This document shows positions 1 to 10,973 of a stretch of 52,540 bases of DNA, piece by piece. The notes under the pieces are model-generated. The model did not search any database, had not been told where the DNA came from, and was given only the letters and a program-made list of their open reading frames with translations. Position 1 is the stretch's first letter. Every line of letters begins with the position of its first letter. Both the position numbers and the translations under genes were made by a program. Source of the DNA: Thermoplasmatales archaeon SW_10_69_26 (GTDB taxonomy: Archaea > Thermoplasmatota > SW-10-69-26); NCBI GenBank assembly GCA_003009755.1, contig PXUB01000002.1, positions 10,943-63,482 on the forward strand, given 5' to 3'.

Positions 1-116
1 ACGAGGAGCGCGAAACAGGCATGGCAGCGCCATGCCGATGCAGCGCGACGACGTCAGCGGGACCCGCTCAGGCCGATCTCCCGACGGGAGCGATCGACGC
101 AGCCGACCGACCGAGC

Positions 117-1175
117 TTACTCCTCCAGCACTTCCTGGTGCTCGCACTCCTTGCAGGTGACCCGGACCGGGCGTTTGGGCGGGACCTTGTACCGGCTTTC
201 GCACTCGGGGCAGGCCCACACCGTGAACTCCGGCTCGGCCTCTTGGGAGGCCTCGTCTGCTTCGGCTTCGACGTCGTTGGGCGGTTCGGCTTCGTCGGCC
301 TCCTCGTGGGTGGGGCCGCCGGGGTCGACGTCGGGGCTGTCGGGGGCCTCGGTCTCCTCGGGGGCGGTCTCGGGCGCGGGTTCGTCGTGCTCGGAGACGA
401 GTTCGACGAGCGCGTCCTCGTGGCGCCACTGCTGGTCGAAGTGCTCCTCGGGGTCGTTGTACAGCCAGTAGAGGACGATGAGGTTGCCGAAGGGCACGAC
501 GAGGGCGAGCACGAGCACGAGCAGGTAGGAGCGCTCGTTCACGCTGGGCACCGCCTCGACCTCGGGCACCTCGAGCCCGGCGTCGTCGACGACGTTGTGG
601 ACCTCTCGCAGGAACCGCGCCTGGCGGCGGGCGTGGTCGGGCAGGTCCTTGGTCAGGGAGAACAGGATGTAGAGGTACCACAGCGGGAACACGGCGACCA
701 GGACGAGGTCGACCGCGGCGGGGTGGGCGCGCTCGTCGATGCGGGCGTCGGTGTGGATGCGACGCATCGCCTCGACGTGCTCGCGCGCTCGGGTGCCAGA
801 GGCCGATCGGGCCAGCCGGTCGGCGTAGTCGATCAGCCCCTCGCGCAGCACGCGGTCGCGGGCGAAGTGGCTCTCGCGGCGGCGCATCACCTTGTAGAAC
901 CCGACGACGAACAGGATCGCGCCGACGAGGGCGGCGCCTGCGGTCAGGATGACGGCCGCACCCAGGACGGAGGGGGAGGCGCTGGCGATCGTGGCCTCGA
1001 TCGTCCCCCGGTAGCCGGTCGTGGCCAGCACGAGGCCGGCCCCGGCTCCCGCGCCGGCGAGGGCGAGCAGGATCGGTAGGACGACGTGCGTGAAGAACGA
1101 CGGGCGCTCGTCGGTGTCGCCGCGGCGATCGACGGCCTGAAGCACGGCGTTGACGCCCGGTGGTTGGCTCGTCAT
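117..1175 (-). CDS. Membrane protein (DUF4234-like repeats) with acidic linker and C-terminal zinc ribbon
   Basis: About 4 TM segments, two similar TM + 'L..D...H' units, C-terminal CPEC...CKEC; host-like acidic composition. Confidence 0.7.
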   Translation of the reverse strand: MTSQPPGVNAVLQAVDRRGDTDERPSFFTHVVLPILLALAGAGAGAGLVLATTGYRGTIEATIASASPSVLGAAVILTAGAALVGAILFVVGFYKVMRRRESHFARDRVLREGLIDYADRLARSASGTRAREHVEAMRRIHTDARIDERAHPAAVDLVLVAVFPLWYLYILFSLTKDLPDHARRQARFLREVHNVVDDAGLEVPEVEAVPSVNERSYLLVLVLALVVPFGNLIVLYWLYNDPEEHFDQQWRHEDALVELVSEHDEPAPETAPEETEAPDSPDVDPGGPTHEEADEAEPPNDVEAEADEASQEAEPEFTVWACPECESRYKVPPKRPVRVTCKECEHQEVLEE

Positions 1176-1212
1176 GCGTGGCTCCCCCAGGCCCGATGGC
1201 GGCCCCCTGCCC

Positions 1213-1833
<621 letters not shown>

Positions 1834-1920
1834 CGTGGTCGAGCAACCGGGACCAGCACTAAAACCCAGAGGCCGGAGCCGGCGAAGAGTCAAACGTGAA
1901 GGCGCTAGTGCCAGGCGCGC

Positions 1921-2745
1921 ATGTTCGAACGCCTCAAGCGCGGCTGGCAGCTCACGAAGGCCAGCTTCGGCGTCCTCCAACAGGACAAGGAGATCCTGGT
2001 GTTGCCTGTGCTGGCCTTCCTATCGATCGTGCTGGGGCTGGCCTTCTGGGGCGTCGTCGGGTTCGCCACGATCGGCCTCCCCGGCAGCCCGATGACGATC
2101 CCGCGCTACGTGCTGTTGTTCCTGATGTACGTGACCGCGGCGTTCGGCGGCACGTTCTTCCTGGCCGCCACGATCGAGATGGCCTCGATCCGGCTCGAGG
2201 GCGGCGATCCCGTCGTGCGGGACGGCCTGGCGAAGGCCTGGGAGAAGAAGACCAAGTTGCTGGGCTGGGCCGTGATCGCCGCCACGGTCGGGATCCTGCT
2301 ACGGGTCCTGCGCCATCGGGGCAAGGGCATGGCTCGCCTGTTGGCGGCCGGGCTCGAGCTGGGTTGGGCGGTCGCGACGTTCTTCGCGGTGCCCGTGCTC
2401 GTCTACCGCGACATCGGTCCGCTCGCGGCGATCAAGGAGTCCGGCGGCTTGATGCGACAGACGTGGGGCGAGGCGGCCGGCGGCGTGGGCTCGGCCGGCA
2501 TCGTGTTCTTCGCGCTCGGCCTGCTGGGCCTGCTCCCGGTCGTCCTCGGGTTCCTGGCGGGCTCGGTCACGATCCTGCTCGTCGGGATCGCCGTCGCGGT
2601 CTCGTACTGGATCGTGCTCGCGGCGGCGAACACGGCCGTCGACGGCATCCTGAAGGCCGCCCTGTTCCGGTACGCGGACACCGGCGAACTGCCCAGCGGG
2701 TTCGAGGCGGCCGAGGCGGGCCGGGTCACGGCCGACGCCGGTTGA
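1921..2745 (+). CDS. Multi-pass membrane protein (DUF6159-like)
   Basis: About 6 TM helices; N-terminus 'RGWQLTKASFGVLQQDKEILVLP' and 'AIKESGGLMRQTWGE' resemble DUF6159 from memory. Confidence 0.7.
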   Translation: MFERLKRGWQLTKASFGVLQQDKEILVLPVLAFLSIVLGLAFWGVVGFATIGLPGSPMTIPRYVLLFLMYVTAAFGGTFFLAATIEMASIRLEGGDPVVRDGLAKAWEKKTKLLGWAVIAATVGILLRVLRHRGKGMARLLAAGLELGWAVATFFAVPVLVYRDIGPLAAIKESGGLMRQTWGEAAGGVGSAGIVFFALGLLGLLPVVLGFLAGSVTILLVGIAVAVSYWIVLAAANTAVDGILKAALFRYADTGELPSGFEAAEAGRVTADAG

Positions 2746-2818
2746 GCCTCGGCGCACGATGGGGGACCGACCGGGCCCCGAACCCAAGCGCTAAACACGA
2801 CGTGGGCTTTCCCCAAGC

Positions 2819-3727
2819 GTGCCCCGGTGCGACGTTTGCGGGCGCGACATGGACATGCCCTACCACTGCTCGTACTGCAACTCCGTGCACTGCGAGCAGC
2901 ATCGGCTGCCCGAGGCGCACAGTTGCCCGGGCAAGTCCGAGGCCGAGGCTCGGGCCCGCGAGCGACGGCGATCGGGCCATCCCGGCGTCGACGTACAGGG
3001 CGGCGGGTGGACCGACTCCGAGCCCAGCGGCCGCGGGATCAACGGTCCCTCGGGCCTGTGGGACAAGCTGCAGGGCAACGTCACGAAGTACCTGTTGTTC
3101 GCGATCGTCGGGGTCTTCGTCTTGGAGAGCGTGGTCGAACCGCGCCTGCTGACCGGTTTCGGTCCCGGAGAACAGGCGAATCGACTCTTCAACTTCCTTT
3201 TCGTGCTCGACGCCGGCTGGTGGACGAAGCCGTGGACGCTGCTCACCAGCGTGTTCGCCCACGGCGGCCTCGGCCACCTGTTCTTCAACGGGATCATCCT
3301 GTTCTTCTTCGGCCCGCTCCTGGAGAAGCGCATCGGCTCGAAGCCGTTCCTGGGTCTCGTGCTGGCCGGCGGCGTGCTCGCCGGGCTCACCCAAGTCACC
3401 TTCTACAGCACGTTCCTGGGTAAGGAGAGCGGCGTGCTCGGCATCTCGGGCGCGCTCATGGCCGTCATGGGCGCGCTCACGGTGCTGGGTCCGCACATCC
3501 GTGTGCTGATCTTCTTCATCATCCCCGCTCCGCTGTGGGCGATGACGCTGGGCTACGCCGCCCTCGACCTCTTGGGCTTCCTCGGCGGTGGCGGCGGGAT
3601 CGCCCACCTGGCGCACCTGACCGGGCTTGCGCTGGGTCTGGCGGCCGGCTGGCGCTGGCGGCAGGAGGGCTATGCCTTCCCGAAACGCCGCACCCAGATC
3701 CAGGGCGGGATGCAGCGAGGGTTGTGA
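2819..3727 (+). CDS. Rhomboid intramembrane serine protease with N-terminal AN1-type zinc finger
   Basis: CxxC...CxxC...CxxH...HxC finger; HLFFN, catalytic GISG and AHLAHLTG. Confidence 0.92.
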   Translation: MPRCDVCGRDMDMPYHCSYCNSVHCEQHRLPEAHSCPGKSEAEARARERRRSGHPGVDVQGGGWTDSEPSGRGINGPSGLWDKLQGNVTKYLLFAIVGVFVLESVVEPRLLTGFGPGEQANRLFNFLFVLDAGWWTKPWTLLTSVFAHGGLGHLFFNGIILFFFGPLLEKRIGSKPFLGLVLAGGVLAGLTQVTFYSTFLGKESGVLGISGALMAVMGALTVLGPHIRVLIFFIIPAPLWAMTLGYAALDLLGFLGGGGGIAHLAHLTGLALGLAAGWRWRQEGYAFPKRRTQIQGGMQRGL

Positions 3728-3728
3728 C

Positions 3729-3980
3729 GTGGACCGGTCGATGTACGCCAAGGCGCGCGAGATCGTGGACGAGGGCCGCGTCGAGGTGACCGACGAGACC
3801 GACAAGCGCCTGTACCTCGAGGTCGAGGGCTCCACGGACACCTACGGCGTCCGCATGGAGTCCGACCACACCTTCTCGTGTACCTGCCCCTACGCGACGT
3901 TGAAAGGCCTGCCCCGCGGGGCGCTTTGCAGCCACGCCCTCGCCGCGATGGTCCACCTCGTCGAACGCGAGCAAGCGTGA
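3729..3980 (+). CDS. SWIM zinc-finger protein
   Basis: CTC-x13-CSH motif; GTG start 1 nt after the rhomboid stop (alternative ATG 3741). Confidence 0.8.
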   Translation: MDRSMYAKAREIVDEGRVEVTDETDKRLYLEVEGSTDTYGVRMESDHTFSCTCPYATLKGLPRGALCSHALAAMVHLVEREQA

Positions 3981-4038
3981 GGTTCCCGGCGAGGTGAAGA
4001 CCAGAACCCAAGTCCCCCGGGACCCGTGAGGGGACAGG

Positions 4039-5722
4039 ATGAGGGACCGCGGCCCGCCCGCGCTCGCCGACGGCAGCCGACCGGCCCCGATCGGTTACCA
4101 CGGCATCGTCGGCGATCTCCACACGACGGCCCTGGTCGGCCGCGACGCCTCCGTCGACTGGTACGGCTACCCCCACTTCGACGATCCCCCCATCTTCGCC
4201 AGCCTGCTCGACCCGGATCGGGGCGGCCAGTTCCGGCTGGGCGTCGCCGACGGGCGGCCGATGAGCCAGCTGTACCGCCCGAACACGAACGTGCTGCTCA
4301 CGCGCCTGTTGGGCCCCGAGGGCCAGCTCGAGGTCACCGACCTGATGCCGACGCGCTCGGGCTCCGTCGAGACCGAGGACGAGCACTGGCACGGCCTGAT
4401 CCGCCGCGTCCGATGCGTCGAAGGCCAGGTCGAGGCCGAGTTCGCCTGCCGGCCGACGTTCGACTACGCCCGCCAGGCCCCCGAGGTCACCGTCGACGAG
4501 GGGACGGTCCTCTTCGAGGGGCCCGACCGCACGCTTCGGCTGGTCGGCCCGGCAGAGGCCTGCGCCGTCGACGGCCCGCCCGGCACGGCGGGGGCGGTCG
4601 GGAGCCTGGAGCTGTCGGTCGGCGACCAGCGGTGGTTCGTGCTCGCCGACGTCGCGGAGGGCGACCCCTACGGGCGGGGACCGCAACTGGGACTACCGTT
4701 ACACGTGGCTGCGCGACGCCGCGTTCACGCTGCGGGCCCTCTTCCGCCTGGGCTTCGTCGACGAGGGCCGGGCGTTCCTCGACTGGCTGACCGATCGCAT
4801 CCACGAGGCCCCCGAGGACGAGCCGATCCAGGCGCTGTACGGCATCGACGGCCGTCGGGAGCTGACCGAGCACGAGCTCGACCACCTCTCCGGCTACCGC
4901 GACTCGACACCCGTGCGGATCGGCAACGACGCCCACGACCAACGCCAGATCGACGTGTTCGGCGAGGTGCTGCAGACGGTGCTGGACTACGCCGACCAGC
5001 TGGAGGATCTCGAGGGGACCTGGGAGGACCTGTTGCCGTTGATGGACTGGCTGGTCGACCACTGGCGGGAACCCGACGAGGGGATCTGGGAGGTTCGCGG
5101 CGGCCGCCAGCACTTCGTGTACTCGAAGGTCATGGCCTGGGTCGCCTTCGACCGGGCGATCCGCACCGCCGAGGCCTTCGATCTGCCGGGCGAGGTGACC
5201 ACCTGGCGCCGCGAGCGGGATGCCGTGCGCGATCAGGTGCTCGAGCACGGCATCCACCCCGAGCACGGCTACCTCACCCAGCACTACGATACCGACCAGC
5301 TGGACGCCTCGAACCTCCGCGTGCCCCTTTTCGGGTTCCTCCCACCGACCGATCCCCGCGTGAGGGCCACGATCGAGGCCACGATCGACGACCTGACCGT
5401 CGACGGGCTCGTGCACCGCTACCGACCCGAGCGCACCGAGGACGGCTTCGAGAGCTCGGAGGGGACCTTCTCGGTGTGCGCCTTCTGGCTCGTGGAGAAC
5501 CTCGTCGTCGCCGGCGAGACCGATCGCGCCTGGCTGGAGTTCGAGAAGCTGTTGACCCACGCCAACCACGTGGGCCTGTTCGCCGAGCAGGTCAGCACCG
5601 ACGGGGAAGCGCTGGGCAACTTCCCGCAGGCGTTCACCCACATCGGTCTGGTCCACAGCGCCCTGGCCCTCGACCGGGCGCTCACGGCTCGTCGCCAGCT
5701 CGATCTCGCAGACGATCGCTGA
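4039..5722 (+). pseudogene. GH15 glucoamylase/trehalase-like glycoside hydrolase with internal deletion and frameshift near 4673
   Basis: N-terminal 'IVGDLHTTALVG..SVDW..PHFD'; a second frame gives GGDRNWDYRYTWLRD, GIWEVRG, AEQ and GNFPQAFTH. The usual RSAL.LK...AAPTTSLPE segment is missing. Confidence 0.85.
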
Positions 5723-5972
5723 GCTGAGCGAGGAACGCCCGCCCCTGCTCCCTGTCCGCCAGCCGAGCCCGGGCGGCCCTCGCGTCGGCGGTGACCTTCA
5801 CCCCGAGATCGTTCTCCTCGAAGGCGTCGAAGGCCGCCTCGTCGGTCGTGTCGTCGCCGACGTCGACGACGCGCAAGGGATCCTCCCCGTCGAGCTCGAC
5901 CCGGTCGCGCAGATCCGCCAACGCTTGCCCGCTGACGATCGCCACCGCCACCTGCTGGGCCAACCGGTTCAC
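5682..5972 (-). pseudogene. otsB: Trehalose-6-phosphate phosphatase (OtsB, HAD) remnant
   Basis: 'VAIVSGQALADL' (motif II) joined directly to 'VGDDTTDEAAF...GVKV' (motif IV); DxDGT motif I and cap domain absent. Confidence 0.65.
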
Positions 5973-6088
5973 GGTCTCGCGCGCAGCCGCCGGCCCCCGC
6001 GCCGGGCCGCCTCGGCGAGGCCACGCGAGCCCGGTTCCACCCGAAGGCCTCCCTGTGCGCTTAAGCCCCCCTCCGGGGTTGGCTGCCC

Positions 6089-6868
6089 GTGGCCGAGGCC
6101 GACGTCATCGCGGGCCCCGATCCCGAGGACGCCTGCTGCTTCGTTCGCGAGCACGCGGGCAACCGCCTGCTGCAGCTCGTGGGCGGGTGCACGATCGACT
6201 ACCAGGGGCGCGCCAAGAGCCAGCTGGCCAGCGGCGAACGCCTGATCTTGCTGAAGCCGGACGGCACGTTGCTCGTCCACAGCGACGAGGGCGTGAAGCC
6301 GGTGAACTGGCAGCCGCCGGGCACGACGACGACGGCCGACGTGCGCGAGCTCGACGGCGACACGCGCTTGATCGTCACCGTCGAGCGCTCCTCGCCCGAC
6401 GAGATCGTCACGATGGCCTTCGACCGCGTCACGATGGCCTGCGCCTTCGACATCGAGGACTGGGAGGACCTCGAGCTGCTGGGTACCGAGGAGGACATCC
6501 AGCAGCTGCTGCGCCTGCACCCCGACCTCGTCGAGGAGGGCTTCGAGCCCTACGACATGGAGCTCGACCGCCGCCGGGGCCCGATGGACCTGTACGGCCA
6601 CGACGTGCACGGGACCCGGACCGTCGTCGAGGTCAAACGCCGCACCGCCGGCATCGAGGAGGCCACCCAGCTGGCTCGTTACGTCGAGCGCGAGCGGGAC
6701 AAACACGAGGAGGTCCGCGGGCTGCTGGCTGCCCCCGACGTCTCCGAGACCGCGCACAAGTACCTGCGCGACAAGGACCTGGAGTTCTGCGAGCTCGACC
6801 TCGACCGATTGATGCCCAAGGTCCCCCAGTTGCACGCCACGCAGGAGACGTTGGGCGATTTCGGGTGA
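6089..6868 (+). CDS. nucS: Mismatch-specific endonuclease NucS/EndoMS
   Basis: Y.GRA.S.L..GERL...KPDGTLLVH, KPVNWQP, D-x11-EVK, QLARY. Confidence 0.96.
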   Translation: MAEADVIAGPDPEDACCFVREHAGNRLLQLVGGCTIDYQGRAKSQLASGERLILLKPDGTLLVHSDEGVKPVNWQPPGTTTTADVRELDGDTRLIVTVERSSPDEIVTMAFDRVTMACAFDIEDWEDLELLGTEEDIQQLLRLHPDLVEEGFEPYDMELDRRRGPMDLYGHDVHGTRTVVEVKRRTAGIEEATQLARYVERERDKHEEVRGLLAAPDVSETAHKYLRDKDLEFCELDLDRLMPKVPQLHATQETLGDFG

Positions 6869-7342
6869 GAGGGACGCAGACACGAACCCGGCCACAAGGC
6901 AAAAGGCTCGCAGGATCCCACAGGCGGCCCTCTGGCCAGGGTGAGGGAAAGACGCAAGGACCCAGCCTCCCGGCGAGCGGCCAAGCCGACGGGGAACGAG
7001 GCCATCCTCGAGAGACCGACGGTCGATCAACGCCCCCAGCCCCCGAGCCTGGGCTGGCCTCCCGGGGTCCATCCTTGCCTCCACGGCCCCGCGGCCAGCC
7101 TCGATGCCTGGGGCCCGAGATCCCCCGCCTGTCGGGGCGAGGCCTCGAGGGACCGTCTCCCTCCGGCTCTTCCCGTCCAGCGCGGCCGAACCCTCTGCAT
7201 CTTCGTCCACCTCCGTTCCCTTGCCTTCCCCGTCTTTGTGATATCCTCTGCGTCTGCTTGCCTCTCGGGGTCAGCGCTCTCGGCGTTTGGCATCCTCTCG
7301 GCCCTCTCCAGGCCAAACCCTTAGGCCGGCGTGTCCTGTACG

Positions 7343-7744
7343 ATGGCTGGTGAGCCCTTGGTCCGATTGCTGTCCGTGGCGTTGATGAACGAACCGGGCG
7401 CCTTCGCCCACGTGGCGACCGCCCTGCAGGAAGCCGGTCTCAGCTTCGAGGCCGTGATGGGCGACACGCGTGCCGAGGTCGGCGTAACCCGGCTTTCGGT
7501 GTCCGATCCCGAGAAAGGCTACGAGGTGCTCGAGGAGGCCGGTCACCCCGTCCAGGTGATCGAGGGCGTCAAGCTCGCGACCGGCGGCGACCCCGGCACG
7601 TTCGGCGAAGCCCTCCAGGCGTTGGGACGCGCCAACGTCAACATCGAGATGGTGTTCGGCGTCGCGCCGACCCCCAGCGAGGGCGAGGTCATCTTCCTAG
7701 TCGACGACCCCGAAACAGCCAAGAAAGTCATCGACGGACTCTAA
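7343..7744 (+). CDS. Tandem ACT-domain protein
   Basis: Two ACT-like repeats (NEPGAFAHV..AL; DPGTFGEAL.ALGRANVNIE). Confidence 0.8.
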   Translation: MAGEPLVRLLSVALMNEPGAFAHVATALQEAGLSFEAVMGDTRAEVGVTRLSVSDPEKGYEVLEEAGHPVQVIEGVKLATGGDPGTFGEALQALGRANVNIEMVFGVAPTPSEGEVIFLVDDPETAKKVIDGL

Positions 7745-7832
7745 GGCCCAGCGGCTCGGCGAAGCGGAGACACGGACCGCCCAGCTACCGCCACGCAAAG
7801 CTTTTGTACGCCGACGGCGGATTCGCCGTTGT

Positions 7833-8525
7833 ATGAGGGGCACGGCTGCCGTCCTGGCGCTCGCGATGGTGTTCGTGCTTGCACCGGCCGTCGCTGGCGA
7901 GACCGTCGACGGGACCGACCAGGTGGCCGACGAGTGCTCGCCGCCGTGCGGTGAGATCAACCCCCGCATCTCGTTCGCGTTCGCCGACATGGGCGAGGAC
8001 CCGATCACGCTCGCGGAGGGCGAGTCGGTCACGTTCGAGGGCGAGGTCGTCTACTGGACCGACACCGACGACGAAGGCCATGCCCCCCACGACGCGACCG
8101 AGGACATCGTGATCCGGTTCAGCTTCCCGCGCCTGCCGACCTGGGCCTCGATGAGCGTCGAACCGGCCGAGATCACCGTCCCGGTCAGCACGTGCCCGGA
8201 CTGTTTCCAGACCAACACCGAAGGTAGCAGCCCGGCGACGCACTACGAGTACCGCGAGCCGGTCACGTTGACGGTGACGGCCAACGAGGCGCCGCAGGCG
8301 ACGACCGGGTACGACTACGGGAAGCTCCAGCTGTTCGCCAAGAGCACGGAGTCCGGCATCTACAACCCCGGATACGGGATCCGCGAGGTCCGCGTCGACC
8401 CTGGCGCGAGCGCGTCCCTCGAGCAGCAGAGCACCGACAGCCCGATGCCGGTCCCCGGCGCCGGCGCGCTGGCGGCCCTCGCCACGCTGGGCGCGACCGC
8501 CGTCGCCGTCCGCAAGCGCAGCTGA
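7833..8525 (+). CDS. Secreted/surface protein with PGF-CTERM-like C-terminal sorting signal
   Basis: Signal peptide ending AVA; beta-rich body; C-terminal VPGAG + TM helix + RKRS. Confidence 0.75.
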   Translation: MRGTAAVLALAMVFVLAPAVAGETVDGTDQVADECSPPCGEINPRISFAFADMGEDPITLAEGESVTFEGEVVYWTDTDDEGHAPHDATEDIVIRFSFPRLPTWASMSVEPAEITVPVSTCPDCFQTNTEGSSPATHYEYREPVTLTVTANEAPQATTGYDYGKLQLFAKSTESGIYNPGYGIREVRVDPGASASLEQQSTDSPMPVPGAGALAALATLGATAVAVRKRS

Positions 8526-8603
8526 CCCAACTCCCAGCTTGGTCTCCGCAGGCCTGGCTCGCGTAACCTCTATGCCGGACCACCCCCGTCCGCCGGCCAC
8601 ACC

Positions 8604-9614
8604 ATGGAAGCGATCATCCTCTCGGGGGGCCTTGGCACCCGCCTGCGACCGCTGACCTACGCCCGCCCGAAGCCGCTTCTCCCGATCGCGAACCGACCGA
8701 TGCTGGCCCACCTGCTCGACCGGCTGCCAGAAGCCGTCGACCGCGCCGTCCTGGCGGCCGGCTACCGGATCGACGACATCCGGGCCTGGGTGGACGAGAA
8801 CCCGCACCGCGTCGACGTGACCGTCGTCGAGGAGGAGGAACCGCTGGGCACGGGCGGCGCGATCAAGAACGTCGAGGACGAGATCACCGGTCCCTTCCTG
8901 TGCTTCAACGGGGACGTGATCGCCAACCCGCCGCTCGAGGAGATGATCGAGCTCCGCGAGGAGACCGACGCCCTCGGCGTGCTGGCCCTGTGGGAGGTCG
9001 ACGAGCCCGAGCACTTCGGCGTCGTCGATCTCGACCGGGACCGGATCCGACGCTTCGTCGAGAAGCCCGACCCCGGTCAGGCGCCCTCCAGCCTGGTGAA
9101 CGCTGGGACCTACTGCTTCCACGAGGACGTGCTGGACTGGATCGAGCCCGGCCGCAAGGTCAGCCTCGAGCGGGAGATCTTCCCCGAGCTGTTGGAGACC
9201 CGCGAGGGTCTGCGCGGCCTGCCCTTCGAGGGGCACTGGGTCGACTGCGGCCGCCCCGACGTCTACCTGGACGCCCACGAGATCCTGCTCGAGGGCGAGA
9301 CGTTGGTCGCCGACACCGCGACGCTGGACGGCGAGGGTTCGGACTGGGCGTGCCTGGGCGAGGACGCTCGCGTCAGCGCGGGTGCGAGGCTCAGCCGCTC
9401 GGTCCTGCTCGAGGGCGCCGAGGTCGAGGCCGGCGCCCACCTGGAGAACACGATCGTCGGTGCCGGCGCCCGCGTCGGCAAGGACGCCCACCTCGTCGAC
9501 ACCGTCGTCGCCGACGGGTTGACCGTCGAGGCCGGTAGCGATCTCGACGGCGCCCGCGTCGGCGGCGGCAAACAGACACCGCCCGAAGAGGCTCGCTTCG
9601 AGGAGGTGCGCTAG
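8604..9614 (+). CDS. NDP-sugar pyrophosphorylase (mannose-1-P guanylyltransferase-like) with left-handed beta-helix
   Basis: GGLGTRLRPLT..RPKPLLP, EPLGTGG, FVEKP, hexapeptide repeats. Confidence 0.92.
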   Translation: MEAIILSGGLGTRLRPLTYARPKPLLPIANRPMLAHLLDRLPEAVDRAVLAAGYRIDDIRAWVDENPHRVDVTVVEEEEPLGTGGAIKNVEDEITGPFLCFNGDVIANPPLEEMIELREETDALGVLALWEVDEPEHFGVVDLDRDRIRRFVEKPDPGQAPSSLVNAGTYCFHEDVLDWIEPGRKVSLEREIFPELLETREGLRGLPFEGHWVDCGRPDVYLDAHEILLEGETLVADTATLDGEGSDWACLGEDARVSAGARLSRSVLLEGAEVEAGAHLENTIVGAGARVGKDAHLVDTVVADGLTVEAGSDLDGARVGGGKQTPPEEARFEEVR

Positions 9615-10973
9615 ATGGGTGAGCTGTTCGGAACGAACGGCGTGCGCGGCGTCGTCGGCGACGACATGACGCCCGAGCTGGCGCTGCGGTTGGGCCGAGC
9701 GATCGGCACCTGGAGCGAGGGCCCGGTCCTCGTCGGCACCGACACGCGAACGAGCGGCCCGATGCTGCGCGACGCGCTCGTCGCCGGCATCACGTCGGCC
9801 GGCGCCGAGGCCGTCGACGCCGGCGTGGCGCCCACCCCGGCGATCCAGTACAGCGTCGAGGAGACCGACTACGCGGCCGGCGCGATCGTGACCGCCAGCC
9901 ACAACCCGCCCGAGTTCAACGGGATCAAGGTCTGCACCGGGGACGGGACCGAGCCCGTGAACGACGAGGTCGCCGACATCGAGGAGATCTACTTCGACGA
10001 GTCGTTCCCGGACCTGGCTTGGGACAGCGTGGGCCCGCGCTCGGAGGACCCCAACGTGGTCGATCGGTACGCCGACGCGATCGTCGACGAGGTCGGCGAG
10101 GACAAGCTCGGCGACGATCCGCCCACCGTGGTCGTCGACTGCGCCAACGGGCCCGCCGGCACGGTCAGCCCGGACGTCCTGCGCCGGCTGGGCGCCCACG
10201 TCGTCGCGATCAACGCCCAACCCGACGGTTCGTTCCCCGGCCACGACAGCGAGCCGACGCCGGAGAACCTGGCGTCGACGATCCAAGCCGTCGAGGCCGT
10301 GGACGCCGATCTCGGGATCGCGTTCGACGGCGACGCCGACCGGTGCGTGTTCATCACCGGGGAAGGCGAGTACGTGCCCGGCGAGCGCACGCTGGCGCTC
10401 GTCGCCGGCGCCATGGTGGAGAACAACGATGAGGGCCTCGTCGTGACGCCGGTGTCCTCCAGCCAGTGCGTGGCCGACCACGTCGAGAACGCCGGCGGCG
10501 AGGTCGAGTACACGGCCGTCGGCAGCCCGATCGTGGCCGACGTCATGCAACAGCGCCGAGCCCTGTTCGGCGGCGAGGAGAACGGCGGCCTGATCTTCCC
10601 CGACCACCAGTACTGCCGCGATGGGACGATGACGGCCGCCTGGGTGACCAAACACGTCGCCGACAACGACGAGACGCTGGCCGAGATGCTGGACGAGATC
10701 CCCGGCTACCGGCTCGTCAAGCAGAGCGTGGATTGCCCGGACGAGGCCAAGGACGAGGTGCTCGAGCGCTACACCGAGACCGTGGACGCCGACGACGTCG
10801 ACACGACGGACGGCGTCAAGGTGTTCCGCTCGGAGGGCTGGACGCTGGTCCGCCCCAGCGGGACGGAGCCGCTGATGCGCGTCTACGCTGAAGCGCGCGA
10901 CCACGAGCAGGCGGCCAAGCTCGCCAAGCACGCCCGCGCGGACGTCCAGTCGATCGTGGACGAGGTCGCCTAG
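9615..10973 (+). CDS. Phosphohexomutase (phosphoglucosamine mutase / PMM-PGM)
   Basis: LFGTNGVRG, TASHNP, DGDADR, GEENGG, RPSGTEP; SD GGAGGTG upstream; abuts the previous gene. Confidence 0.95.
   Translation: MGELFGTNGVRGVVGDDMTPELALRLGRAIGTWSEGPVLVGTDTRTSGPMLRDALVAGITSAGAEAVDAGVAPTPAIQYSVEETDYAAGAIVTASHNPPEFNGIKVCTGDGTEPVNDEVADIEEIYFDESFPDLAWDSVGPRSEDPNVVDRYADAIVDEVGEDKLGDDPPTVVVDCANGPAGTVSPDVLRRLGAHVVAINAQPDGSFPGHDSEPTPENLASTIQAVEAVDADLGIAFDGDADRCVFITGEGEYVPGERTLALVAGAMVENNDEGLVVTPVSSSQCVADHVENAGGEVEYTAVGSPIVADVMQQRRALFGGEENGGLIFPDHQYCRDGTMTAAWVTKHVADNDETLAEMLDEIPGYRLVKQSVDCPDEAKDEVLERYTETVDADDVDTTDGVKVFRSEGWTLVRPSGTEPLMRVYAEARDHEQAAKLAKHARADVQSIVDEVA

Noticed and set aside
6869-7320. RNase P or SRP RNA in this and the other large spacers
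   Set aside because: No GAGGAAAGTCC or ACAGAA..GGCTTA P4 strands and no SRP helix-8 GGAA motif found.
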